64,000 bases of DNA from contig JAEETO010000001.1 in NCBI GenBank assembly GCA_016290385.1, forward strand, positions 18,956 to 82,955, read 5' to 3'. The first letter of the stretch is position 1, and every line of letters starts with the position of its first letter. Below the pieces are notes generated by a model, which searched no databases, had not been told where the DNA came from, and saw only the letters and a program-made list of their open reading frames with translations. The stretch comes from Bacteroidales bacterium (GTDB lineage Bacteria > Bacteroidota > Bacteroidia > Bacteroidales > UBA932). Below are positions 1-8,904 of this stretch, one piece after another. A program made the position numbers and the translations under genes.

Positions 1-583
1 CTGTCTGATGGCCAACGTGGAACTGGCCTATGAACTGCGCAATGTCTGCGACTACCTGCTCTTCTCTCCCACAGAGATCCTGACGGACGGGTTCCCCTAT
101 GACATGATGATGCAGGCTATCTTCAACCAGCCTGCCGAATCCGCCATGCGAAGCATCGCCCAGAGCTATATGGCCCACTACCGCGAATACGCCGGCATCT
201 ATTGCTCGGCCACTATCAGCCTGGTCCGCACCTATGGCTTCCAGGCTCTTGCTGAAGCCTGTCAGACCGTGTTCCGTAACCATCAGGAGCAGATTCTGAT
301 GCTCGACCGGAGCAAAGTCCAGCCCTATTTCCGCTACAACAAGCATTGGTATTACGACATTGACGACTTCGTGCAGCAAGTGGCCGATGACAGTGAATAC
401 CAAGCCTTCAACCGGGCTCTCAACCAGGTCGTCATCTATCGCGACGCCACCGACTACTTCCTCGACCTGCAGATATCACACTATTCGGGCCTCAGTATCT
501 ACATCCCCCGGCCCGAATACACCGTCCTCAACAACTATTACAAGACCCTCGCCTGGAACCAGGCCACCGGACTGGTCCAGTAG
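1..583 (+). CDS. Clostripain-like cysteine peptidase (C11-like), C-terminal part; gene starts upstream of the window
   Basis: Frame 2 is open from nt 2 (CLMANVELAYELRN...), so the listed ORF 8..583 is only the in-window tail. The C-L-M-A-N-V-E-x-AYELR block resembles the catalytic-Cys region of clostripain-family peptidases. Stop at 581-583. Confidence 0.55.
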   Translation, partial: CLMANVELAYELRNVCDYLLFSPTEILTDGFPYDMMMQAIFNQPAESAMRSIAQSYMAHYREYAGIYCSATISLVRTYGFQALAEACQTVFRNHQEQILMLDRSKVQPYFRYNKHWYYDIDDFVQQVADDSEYQAFNRALNQVVIYRDATDYFLDLQISHYSGLSIYIPRPEYTVLNNYYKTLAWNQATGLVQ

Positions 584-650
584 TTCCCGCAAACATAAGT
601 ACCGGACGCAGAATCATTCCGGCCGACGCCCGAAGGAGCGTTGGTGTGGA

Positions 651-1754
651 CTATTGGTTCTTTCCAACGGAATCCTTGACATGCATTACATGCAATTGTT
701 GTACTCTGTCGACATGAACTAAGCCGGACAGGGCAATTCTGTCACGAATGGCTTTCTTGACCATACGAACCTGACTACTGCTGATTCCCAACATTCTGCC
801 GATCTCATTCGGACTGAAATCCATTTCTGTCAAAATAAAAACCGTTCTCTGTTGTGTGCCTTCAAGCAGTTCATCAACTTTTCTAACTATCTCCGGTAAA
901 GTATCATGATATTCCTCCAATAACGACTGTAAATTCCTAGAGATATTTGACTTATTCTCTTGAATAAACTGATTCAAGGCTTCCTGTCGATCTTTATCCG
1001 GCAGATTATGGATAATCGCCAGTCGCTTATTGACGCCAGCATATGTAGCCAAAACGCTACTGACTACCGATTTGGCGACAGCATCTTTTTTCGCTTCTCG
1101 CTGTAATTGCATAGTATTCTTACGCACCAGTTCCTTCTCACGGATTAATAGGACAACGATGATCAGTAATGCGATAAAAAGAATAATTACGATATTCCTA
1201 TCCCGTCGAACTCGGTCGAGAGCGGCCTCTTTTGTTGCTATGTCATACTGCTTTTCAAGCTCAAGGATTCTCTTATTCGCCTTTTGCTCGTAACTCTCTA
1301 ATAGCGAAACATAAGCGAGCGTCGCATAGTGTGAGGTTGAATCAGCATAACCCCAATTGGCATAGAGATCAGCAAGATTCCGGTAATATACATGGTAATA
1401 TTCTTTATCAGATTCTCTGCGGTTAACAAATGCTATCTTTTCATATTCAATTGCCTTACTCCACTCCCCCTTCTTTCTGTAAATTGAAGCAAGTAACTTG
1501 TTTTTTGCCCCCATATCTGCAGGAGAGGGGTTCCAGCACAGGCTATAATACAAAGCGCTATCTAGTTGAGAACGACAGTGCAGGAAGAATATTGCTTTCG
1601 CATTGTCCAGACGGCTCGAATGGAAATCCGGGTGATTGTTCAGTAATGAATTCAGAGCATCGAATGTCCTCTCAGCCTGTAGGCTATCCTTACCACTTGT
1701 CAAACAAATCAATAATTCGCAATAATCCAATATCTCATTTCGATAATTACCCAT
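651..1754 (-). CDS. TPR-repeat / single-TM / C-terminal HTH regulator (probably the distal part of a split gene)
   Basis: ATG at 1754. TPR-like repeats, one hydrophobic TM segment (IVIILFIALLIIVVLLI), a coiled-coil stretch and a C-terminal HTH-like segment (FSPNEIGRMLGISSSQVRMVKKAIRDRI). AT-rich codon usage unlike the neighbouring genes. Confidence 0.6.
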   Translation of the reverse strand: MGNYRNEILDYCELLICLTSGKDSLQAERTFDALNSLLNNHPDFHSSRLDNAKAIFFLHCRSQLDSALYYSLCWNPSPADMGAKNKLLASIYRKKGEWSKAIEYEKIAFVNRRESDKEYYHVYYRNLADLYANWGYADSTSHYATLAYVSLLESYEQKANKRILELEKQYDIATKEAALDRVRRDRNIVIILFIALLIIVVLLIREKELVRKNTMQLQREAKKDAVAKSVVSSVLATYAGVNKRLAIIHNLPDKDRQEALNQFIQENKSNISRNLQSLLEEYHDTLPEIVRKVDELLEGTQQRTVFILTEMDFSPNEIGRMLGISSSQVRMVKKAIRDRIALSGLVHVDRVQQLHVMHVKDSVGKNQ

Positions 1755-2280
1755 CTTCTATATCAATCGCCTTTTGGTAATGGTTCGAAGCGCTTTCGTA
1801 ATTACCATTGAAATCATTGATTTTTCCAAGATAAGTATGAATCAAAGCAATGAGACGATTGTCTTGAATAGAATGGTCATTTACAATCCTTTCAGCTGAA
1901 AGCATATAGTGATGTGCCATTGTATCAGCAAAAGATAATTTATACAATATCAATCCGTTATAAAACAAGGAGCGGGCTTGATTGTAATAATCATGTGTTT
2001 TTGTCACATAATATTTTCGAGACAAGGAAATTATAGAATCATCATAAAAAGAGATATGGTTTTTGTGTTGCGCGATTGTTTTAAGAAGATAATAATATGC
2101 TTTATCGCCTTTCGTCAAGGACTGTTCGTCAATCATAGAAAGCGAGTCCAAGGCTTGCTCAGGGGAGGAATAAAGCATCCGGTCGATTTGGGATAGGTTG
2201 TGGGGATACCGACCGACTGACATTCCTCCGTTGACAGAAATGACAGCCAACAATAACATTTTTATAAATAGTGCTTTCAA
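1747..2280 (-). CDS. Signal-peptide + TPR-repeat protein (probably the proximal part of the same split gene)
   Basis: Signal-like N-terminus MKALFIKMLLLAVISV, then TPR-like repeats. Its TAA (1747-1749) overlaps the ATG (1752-1754) of the next ORF by 8 nt. AT-rich. Confidence 0.5.
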   Translation of the reverse strand: MKALFIKMLLLAVISVNGGMSVGRYPHNLSQIDRMLYSSPEQALDSLSMIDEQSLTKGDKAYYYLLKTIAQHKNHISFYDDSIISLSRKYYVTKTHDYYNQARSLFYNGLILYKLSFADTMAHHYMLSAERIVNDHSIQDNRLIALIHTYLGKINDFNGNYESASNHYQKAIDIEDG

Positions 2281-2665
2281 AGTATGTTATTTTCTCAAAG
2301 TAACAACATATACTTATTTCGAATTTAGTTGAAATTTTCTTCACTATAATCTATATTGGGTTAATCTTTTCATCAATTGCTCATTATTTGGATTAGTTCG
2401 GTCTAATTATCAGCGTTTTATATATAGCTCGATTGCTACGCTTTTTTTTTAGTGCAAATGTGATCTGCCCATAATCTCTGTCCCGAGCAAATAAGGCAAT
2501 CGGAATATCACAAGCATTTGATTATCAATGAACAGCTAACGCAATCAAACAGCAAATTCTTGCTATTTTACACATAATATTTGATCTTTGTAGAGGAATC
2601 TAACTATTCATTTAATAACAGTTCACTACTCAACATTTGAGGTTCACTTAGCATCATATAATAAA

Positions 2666-3145
2666 ATGCCTACTTTCATGAAACACACACTCACATTTTT
2701 GTTAGTTGCCGTTCTCTGCCTGAGTGGATGCACAGAAATGGAGGATCTTACCATTGATCCCAATCAGTTTGATATCCAATCTTTGAGCAACCTCTCCTGC
2801 TATTCCATCAAGATCCAGCCCGCCCATACCAATACGATAGGAAAGCGGGGCGGAGACTTTGTGGTAACGGCCTGTATTGATGAAACAATCAATCCCAATA
2901 CGAAGTTACCCAATGTTTTGAAAAACGAGTTCTTTACGGAGAGTCTGAATCTGGATGCATCTTTTGTGGAATTTAAAGGGAGGGAACAAGTCAATGAACA
3001 GACCGTCCGCTATACTTTCCATTTTAAAGAGAACCTTTCGGGACAGGAGCGGGGAATCGGTACACGAGTCATGGATACCACATTCTTGTACAATGGTATT
3101 CATGCAGCAATAGGTGGTTTCTCCATCATCCAACTTGCGGAATGA
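2666..3145 (+). CDS. Hypothetical lipoprotein
   Basis: Lipoprotein-type signal (FLLVAVLCLSGC). ATG at 2666, alternative ATG at 2678 (MKHTL...). AT-rich. No catalytic motif recognised. Confidence 0.55.
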   Translation: MPTFMKHTLTFLLVAVLCLSGCTEMEDLTIDPNQFDIQSLSNLSCYSIKIQPAHTNTIGKRGGDFVVTACIDETINPNTKLPNVLKNEFFTESLNLDASFVEFKGREQVNEQTVRYTFHFKENLSGQERGIGTRVMDTTFLYNGIHAAIGGFSIIQLAE

Positions 3146-3152
3146 TATTTCC

Positions 3153-3267
3153 CGTCTGGAGCCTAATCATCTGATTGATAATTGATAATGCAAAATCACC
3201 CTCCCCTTGCAAGGGGAGGGGTGATTATATGTAAGTACCTGTCTTTCTGACGATTAATCTCCAGCGG
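3153..3267. repeat. REP/MITE-like nested palindromic element, copy A
   Basis: Central hairpin AATCACCCTCCCC (3194-3206) / GGGGAGGGGTGATT (3213-3226). Outer inverted arms CTGGAGCCTAATCAT (from 3156) and GATTAATCTCCAGCGG (3252-3267). Same architecture as copies at 7692-7790 and 8792-8904. Lies between convergent genes. Confidence 0.8.
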
Positions 3268-3273
3268 CTAGTA

Positions 3274-4026
3274 TTACAGATGCGTTCGGATGATGTCGGC
3301 ACCCATGGCGGCGGCGCGGGATTCGTATTCGCGGACGATGTCGCCGCATGTGTCGGGAGTCAGGCCGCGGGGCTGCCAGATGAAACGTTTGCGCGAGACG
3401 CCCACCAGCAGCGGACGCCGGAAGGATTTGAGTTCGTCGAGCCGGTCGAAGAGCGTCTGGTTTTCTTCGTTGCTTTTGGAGAAGCCGAAGCCCGGGTCGA
3501 GCACCCAGTCTGAAACCCCGGCTTCTTTGGCCCGGACGGCAAAGTCCCGGAAATATTGCTTCACGCTGTCGACGATGTCTACGTAGGCATACGGCTGGTG
3601 CATCGTCTCGAAATCGCCCTGATGGTGCATTGCCACGTAGCGCAGGCCGAGACGGCCGGCCACGGGCAGCATTGCCGGGTCCCATTCTCCCGAGGAGATG
3701 TCATTGATCCAGAACCGTCCCATCGCCTGATAGGCCATCACCACGATCGAGGCCCGGAAGGTGTCGATTGAAAACGTGACGCCAGCATAGTGGCGCGCCG
3801 CCTCTTCGACTACAGGTTCCAGCCGTTTCCATTCCGTATCAGCATCCACCAGTTCGGCACCGGGGCGTGAAGACATGGGCCCCAGGTCGAGGATGTCCGC
3901 CCCTGCGTCCAGCAGCGCGTCGGCCCGCCGGCGGAAGGCATCGACCGTGGAAACACGTGAAGGAGCATAGAAGGAGTCCTCGTTGAGGTTGATGATTCCC
4001 ATGATTTTCGTTTGTCCGGTGCTCAT
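3274..4026 (-). CDS. folP: Dihydropteroate synthase
   Basis: GIINLNEDSFYAPSR..., ADILDLGPMSSRPGA and other pterin-binding DHPS blocks. ATG at 4026 (MSTGQTKIMGIINL) preferred over the upstream extension to 4122, because a TATCTTTG box (4055-4062, minus) and the divergent tmk gene lie inside that extension. Confidence 0.85.
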   Translation of the reverse strand: MSTGQTKIMGIINLNEDSFYAPSRVSTVDAFRRRADALLDAGADILDLGPMSSRPGAELVDADTEWKRLEPVVEEAARHYAGVTFSIDTFRASIVVMAYQAMGRFWINDISSGEWDPAMLPVAGRLGLRYVAMHHQGDFETMHQPYAYVDIVDSVKQYFRDFAVRAKEAGVSDWVLDPGFGFSKSNEENQTLFDRLDELKSFRRPLLVGVSRKRFIWQPRGLTPDTCGDIVREYESRAAAMGADIIRTHL

Positions 4027-4054
4027 CTTTTTCGTATCTTTACAAATTGTATTG

Positions 4055-4062
4055 CAAAGATA
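4055..4062 (-). promoter_or_regulatory. Bacteroidota -7 promoter box (TATCTTTG) for folP
   Basis: The plus strand reads CAAAGATA. It lies 28 nt upstream of the folP ATG. Confidence 0.45.
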
Positions 4063-4069
4063 ATACTTT

Positions 4070-4747
4070 ATGCTGATCGTTCTCGAAGGATTGGATGGCG
4101 CCGGCAAATCGACGCAACTCAAGATGGTGACCTCCTATTTCACGTCGCTGGGGCGGAAAGTGGAATACCTCCATTTCCCGCGCTATACGGCGCCGGTCTA
4201 TGGCGAGCTCATCGCCAAGTTCCTGAGGGGCGATTTCGGTGCCATCGACCAGGTGCATCCGCAGCTGGTGGCCCTGCTCTTCGCCGAAGACCGTCGCGAT
4301 GCCGCCACGCAGATCCGTGGGTGGATGGACGAAGGCCGCGTGGTGATCCTCGACCGCTACGTCTATTCCAACATCGCCTTCCAGTGTGCCAAGCTTCCCG
4401 ATGAAAAGGAAGCTGCCGCCCTGCGCGACTGGATCTTCGAACTCGAATACCAGCACAACGACATCCCCCGGCCGACCCTCAACCTGTTCCTCGACGTGCC
4501 CATCTCCTTCGTGGACGCCAAGCTCAAGATCAACCGCAAAGGCGGCGACCGGGCCTATCTGGAAGGCAAGGCCGATATCCACGAAGCCGACATCCGCTTC
4601 CAGATGAAGGTACGCGAGCACTACCTCGGGCAGTGCCGCCGCGACCCGCATTTCATCCGCATCGACTGCAGTGACCCGGACGGCAACATGCTGCCTGCCG
4701 CCGACATCTTCCGCCGCATCCGCAACGAAATCGAAATGCGCTCATGA
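4070..4747 (+). CDS. tmk: Thymidylate (dTMP) kinase
   Basis: N-terminal P-loop MLIVLEGLDGAGKSTQ and overall dTMP-kinase layout. Confidence 0.85.
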   Translation: MLIVLEGLDGAGKSTQLKMVTSYFTSLGRKVEYLHFPRYTAPVYGELIAKFLRGDFGAIDQVHPQLVALLFAEDRRDAATQIRGWMDEGRVVILDRYVYSNIAFQCAKLPDEKEAAALRDWIFELEYQHNDIPRPTLNLFLDVPISFVDAKLKINRKGGDRAYLEGKADIHEADIRFQMKVREHYLGQCRRDPHFIRIDCSDPDGNMLPAADIFRRIRNEIEMRS

Positions 4748-5886
4748 GATTCCTGCTCGCCCTTTTCAGGATCCTTTTCGCCCTGACCTTCATCGTCTCG
4801 GGCGCACTCAAGCTGGTCGATCCGGTCGGAACGGGCCTCATCGTCAAGGAGTACCTCGATTTCATGCATCTGGACGCCCTCGAACCCGCCGCCATCGGAC
4901 TGGGCATCGCACTGGCCGTCACCGAATTCACCATCGGCATCTGCATCCTGGGCGGCCTGCGTATCCGCATCATCTCCTGGATTACGCTCATCATGGTCGC
5001 GGGCTTCACCGGCCTTACGCTCTACCTGATGCTTTTCAATCCCATCAGCGACTGCGGCTGCTTCGGCGAAGCCATCCATCTGACCAATACCCAGACCTTC
5101 CTGAAAAACGTCGTGCTACTGGTGCTGGCCATCCTGATCTTCCTGGGGCGCAAGCGCGCCACCCGCATCGCCCCGGCCTGGCTCGAGTGGACGTTCGTGG
5201 GCATTTTCGCCTTGCTGGCCACGGCCGTGGCGATCCGGGCGCTGGCCACCATCCCGCAAGTCGATTTCACTGCCTACCGAGTGGGAAACAGCCTCGACGA
5301 ACTGGCACAGGAAAACCAGGCACGATACGAGACCACCTTCCTCTATACCAAGGACGGTCATACCGAAGAATTCACGCTCGACAACCTGCCGGACGAGAGC
5401 TGGACCTATCTCGACAGCAAGACCGTGCAGGTGGGCGGATCCACGAAGATGGCGCAGGTCGACTTCACATTGGAACAAATGGAAGGCCCGGTACTGGCCG
5501 TAACGATCTATAATCCCGAAGCCCTTGACGCGGGGCAGTTGGAAAGAATCGAACATTTCAAGCAGGCTGCGGCACTACGGGGCCAGGAAGTGGTGGTTTA
5601 CGGGCCGTCCGGCGATTATGTGACGGCCGACCGCAAATCGCTCATGACACTCAACCGCAGCAACGGCGGCGCCGTATATTTCAACGACGCCACGATCGTG
5701 GCGAAATGGGCCAATCTTGAGTTGCCGGAAGTCGACCTGGCCGCCGTACTCGACGAAGACCCCGATGTGCTGATCCTCCGGCACCGCATCCGGGAACAAC
5801 TCTATGTCAGCATCCTGATTGCCGGTGCGCTGGTGCTGATGGCTTTCATGCGCATCATCTGCAAATCTTTCATTATCGTCAAGTGA
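4744..5886 (+). CDS. MauE/DoxX-type membrane protein with C-terminal soluble domain
   Basis: Four N-terminal TM helices, the CGCFGE motif typical of MauE/DoxX proteins and a C-terminal TM helix. ATGA overlap with the tmk stop. Confidence 0.6.
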   Translation: MRFLLALFRILFALTFIVSGALKLVDPVGTGLIVKEYLDFMHLDALEPAAIGLGIALAVTEFTIGICILGGLRIRIISWITLIMVAGFTGLTLYLMLFNPISDCGCFGEAIHLTNTQTFLKNVVLLVLAILIFLGRKRATRIAPAWLEWTFVGIFALLATAVAIRALATIPQVDFTAYRVGNSLDELAQENQARYETTFLYTKDGHTEEFTLDNLPDESWTYLDSKTVQVGGSTKMAQVDFTLEQMEGPVLAVTIYNPEALDAGQLERIEHFKQAAALRGQEVVVYGPSGDYVTADRKSLMTLNRSNGGAVYFNDATIVAKWANLELPEVDLAAVLDEDPDVLILRHRIREQLYVSILIAGALVLMAFMRIICKSFIIVK

Positions 5887-5887
5887 C

Positions 5888-6901
5888 ATGGACATCGCTG
5901 TCGTCATCCTCAACTGGAACGGTCTGAACATGCTGCAGACCTATCTGCCGACCCTGATCGGACGGACCTCGCTTCCCGGCACTTTCATCGTGGTGGCCGA
6001 CAACGGTTCCACGGACGGCTCCGTTGCCTGGCTGCGGGCGGAGTATCCGGAAATCCGGACGCTGTGCTTCGACAAGAATTACGGCTTCACGGGCGGCTAC
6101 AACCGTGCGCTTCGGGAGATAGATGCTGACTACTACGTGTTGCTCAACTCCGACATCGAGGTCGGCGAAGGCTGGCTCGAACCGCTGGAAAATTTCATGG
6201 AAGAGCATCCCGATGTCGGCATCTGCCAGCCCAAGGTGCTGTCGATAGCCGAGCGTGACCGCTTCGAATACGCAGGGGCGGCGGGCGGCTTCATCGACCG
6301 TTATGGGTATCCGTTCTGCCGCGGGCGCATCCTTTCGAACATCGAGAAAGATACGGGCCAGTACGACGAGCCGGTGGAATGCTTCTGGGCGACTGGCGCA
6401 TGTCTGATGGTACGCAGTGCGATCTATCACCATCTGGGCGGTCTCGACGAATTGTTCTTTGCCCATATGGAGGAGATTGATTTCTGCTGGCGGGCCAAGA
6501 TGCTGGGCTATCAGGTGTGGTGTGTGCCAACCTCGAAGGTCTGGCATGTGGGTGGCGGCACGCTGCCCAACAATTCTCCCCGGAAGCTCTACTTCAACTA
6601 CCGCAACAACCTGCTGATGCTCTACAAGAACCTGCCGGAAAGCATCCGCCGCAGGCGTATTTTTGTCCGCATGTGTCTTGACGGGGCTTCAGCCGCCGTC
6701 TATCTGGTCACGGGCAAATGGTCGTTCTTCAGCGCCGTCTGGAAGGCGCACCGCGACTACCGCCGCCTCCGCCGCGAAGAAGATCCGTCACCTTTCGAGG
6801 AAGAGCGCAACAACATCGGCCTCTATGCCGGCAGCATCATCCTCCGCTTCTTCCTTTCCGGCAAGAAACTCCGCTGGAGCGACATCGAAAGATATTTGTA
6901 A
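5888..6901 (+). CDS. Glycosyltransferase family 2
   Basis: VVILNWNG...VVADNGSTDGS N-terminal GT2 signature and LNSDIE (DxD-like). Starts 2 nt after the preceding stop. Confidence 0.8.
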   Translation: MDIAVVILNWNGLNMLQTYLPTLIGRTSLPGTFIVVADNGSTDGSVAWLRAEYPEIRTLCFDKNYGFTGGYNRALREIDADYYVLLNSDIEVGEGWLEPLENFMEEHPDVGICQPKVLSIAERDRFEYAGAAGGFIDRYGYPFCRGRILSNIEKDTGQYDEPVECFWATGACLMVRSAIYHHLGGLDELFFAHMEEIDFCWRAKMLGYQVWCVPTSKVWHVGGGTLPNNSPRKLYFNYRNNLLMLYKNLPESIRRRRIFVRMCLDGASAAVYLVTGKWSFFSAVWKAHRDYRRLRREEDPSPFEEERNNIGLYAGSIILRFFLSGKKLRWSDIERYL

Positions 6902-7015
6902 CCCAAACTGAAATGTTTCCCGGTCGCGAGCGGCTGGGGATCTTCATTTTCCGTCAGGGGTTGACGCAACATTTGCAGGTGATTGGCATCTATATATGTG
7001 AATACATATCACACT

Positions 7016-7705
7016 ATGCGCCGAATGCTATTATGCCTGCTGGCCTTGTTATGGCTGCCAGTCTCCTGTGAATTCTTGCAAAACGATCCTGTCTTGACGA
7101 TTGACGCTGAAGATGGTTGGATTACTTTTGACGCCGAAGGCGGCGACAGCACCATCCTGATTACTTCCAACTGCGACTGGGAGGCGGAAAGCCTGGGCAG
7201 TTCGACGGGGGAATCTTTCTTTTCTGTGTCTCCCCGTAGCGGCAAGCCGGGTGAAAGCGTTCTTACGGTACACGTACTCCCGCAACAGGTTGTCTGGCCC
7301 CGCGGTGGAAGTCTCGTACTGAAATACCGAAAGACGTACGTCAGCCCGGTCGAGACCAGGGAACTGTATGTCAATGTCTATCAGAAAGGTGCGGCTGAAA
7401 AGATCTGGTTCGGAGACTGGCAGGAGCCGACGCTCCCAGCCGAAGGCGGAAGTTTTACGACCAACCTCTTTTACAACGGCCAGACCTGGTGGGTGACCTG
7501 CGATGACCCGGATGTCAAATTGGATTTTGCGTGGAAACAACATGACAATGATCCAATAAAGACGGTCACCGTCACGGTTTCAGTTGCGGCCAACCCATCC
7601 ACAGAAAAACGCTCCTTCACGCTGAAAGTCAGCGACCGTAGAGAACAGAATTTCTACGGCGATTACGTCTTTCATCAGCAGGCTGGCACCGCCGCTGGGG
7701 TCTAA
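7016..7705 (+). CDS. BACON-domain lipoprotein
   Basis: Signal/lipobox MRRMLLCLLALLWLPVSC. BACON-like segments (AEGGDSTILITSNCDWEAES; AEGGSFTTNLFYNGQTWWV). ATG 7016 preferred over TTG 6983. The last 13 codons lie inside the 39-bp inverted repeat 7667-7705. Confidence 0.65.
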   Translation: MRRMLLCLLALLWLPVSCEFLQNDPVLTIDAEDGWITFDAEGGDSTILITSNCDWEAESLGSSTGESFFSVSPRSGKPGESVLTVHVLPQQVVWPRGGSLVLKYRKTYVSPVETRELYVNVYQKGAAEKIWFGDWQEPTLPAEGGSFTTNLFYNGQTWWVTCDDPDVKLDFAWKQHDNDPIKTVTVTVSVAANPSTEKRSFTLKVSDRREQNFYGDYVFHQQAGTAAGV

Positions 7706-7790
7706 CCGCCTATTCAACAGGTTCTTATGTATAATCACCCTCCCTCTACTGGTGGAGGGTGATTTTGTGTATAGCGCTGTACTCCAGCGG
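7692..7790. repeat. REP/MITE-like nested palindromic element, copy B
   Basis: Central hairpin AATCACCCTCC (7733-7743) / GGAGGGTGATT (7754-7764). Outer arms CGCTGGGG (about 7694) and CTCCAGCGG (7782-7790). Confidence 0.75.
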
Positions 7791-7840
7791 GTTGTTCTCC
7801 AGCCGTAAAATTATATTTGGAAATCGGCCTGTCAGGATAT

Positions 7841-7848
7841 TATCTTTG
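7841..7848 (+). promoter_or_regulatory. -7 promoter box (TATCTTTG) for the RAYT gene
   Basis: 18 nt upstream of ATG 7867. Confidence 0.45.
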
Positions 7849-7866
7849 TATGAAAAATAGTGCGAT

Positions 7867-8781
7867 ATGAGGGGAAAGATTACATTTCGACAAGGTGCGG
7901 TCCAGCACATCTATCAAAAAACCATCAACGGTTTCCTGATTTTCTATTCAACACGAGATTGCCTGGTCTTTTTTACGATCCTTGCGACAGCTACCCGCCG
8001 GTATGGTGTACATATCCTAGGCATTTGCCTGATGGTCGACCATGTACATATCCTGGTCGAAGCCCGGTGCAAGCGGGACATTGACCTGTTTGTCCGTCTC
8101 TACACAAGCTGGTTTGTAAGAATGTACAATGACTGGTATGGAAGGAACGGTCCATTCTTCTATTCGCCTTACGGAATTGCCTCGAAAGTTTCTGACAAGG
8201 ACATCCGGAATGCCATCGCCTATCTCTACAATAATCCGGTGGAGCGATTAATGTGCAAGCGTGCTGAGCAGGCGCATTGGAACTTTTTGGCATATGCTGA
8301 CGGCCAGTATCATTTTTCCCCGCCCATCCGACTCGACAAAGCGCGCGCGCCGATGCGTCGTGCCATCGAAGAAGTCAAGATTTCCCGCAGGGTGGACATG
8401 CCCCTCAATTATGCCCAACTGAAAAGAATGACCAAGCCCTTGCTTCCTGAAGAACAGCAGCAATTAACGGACTTCATCGTCCAAAGCTACAACTGCGTAG
8501 ACTATGCTGACCTCCTGTATCGTTATGGTAGCTACAAAGATCTGGTAATGGCCATCAATACTACGACAGGCAGCGAGTACGTCATCAAGGAGGACTTTGT
8601 GGGAAGATCAGACAGGATTTTTCAAAAGATGTCCGCCTTCCTGCTGGAGTCGCACCGGATTGAATGCATGGACGAACTGCATCGCCTTCCCGAATCGGAA
8701 CGCAGCGCCCTAATCGCCCCGTTGGGCATCCGTACCGGCGCCAGCCGGCGCCAGCTCGAGAAGTATCTCCACCTAAGCTGA
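7867..8781 (+). CDS. REP-associated tyrosine transposase-like protein (Y1 HUH, IS200/RAYT type) with C-terminal extension
   Basis: HUH motif VDHVHILVE and Tyr motif AIAYLYNNPVE in the usual order, plus the N-terminal block HIYQKTINGFLIFYSTRDCLVF. About 150 extra C-terminal residues end in an HTH-like segment. Flanked by REP-like hairpins. Confidence 0.75.
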   Translation: MRGKITFRQGAVQHIYQKTINGFLIFYSTRDCLVFFTILATATRRYGVHILGICLMVDHVHILVEARCKRDIDLFVRLYTSWFVRMYNDWYGRNGPFFYSPYGIASKVSDKDIRNAIAYLYNNPVERLMCKRAEQAHWNFLAYADGQYHFSPPIRLDKARAPMRRAIEEVKISRRVDMPLNYAQLKRMTKPLLPEEQQQLTDFIVQSYNCVDYADLLYRYGSYKDLVMAINTTTGSEYVIKEDFVGRSDRIFQKMSAFLLESHRIECMDELHRLPESERSALIAPLGIRTGASRRQLEKYLHLS

Positions 8782-8791
8782 ATGCCGCTAT

Positions 8792-8904
8792 GTCTGGAGA
8801 TTAATCATCTGAAAATAAGCCAGATATAAGAAATCACCCTCCCCCAGCACGGGGAGGGTGATTTTACATAAGTAGCTGATGATTAGTCGATTAATCCCCA
8901 TCGG
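8792..8904. repeat. REP/MITE-like nested palindromic element, copy C
   Basis: Central hairpin AATCACCCTCCCC (8832-8844) / GGGGAGGGTGATT (8851-8863). Outer arms CTGGAGATTAATCATCTGA (8794-8812) and GATTAATCCCCATCGG (8889-8904). Collinear with copy A. Confidence 0.8.

Noticed and set aside
640-3150. Prophage or integrative element explanation for the AT-rich island
   Set aside because: No integrase, transposase, tRNA attachment site or phage-like genes are present. I found no convincing direct repeats at the borders.
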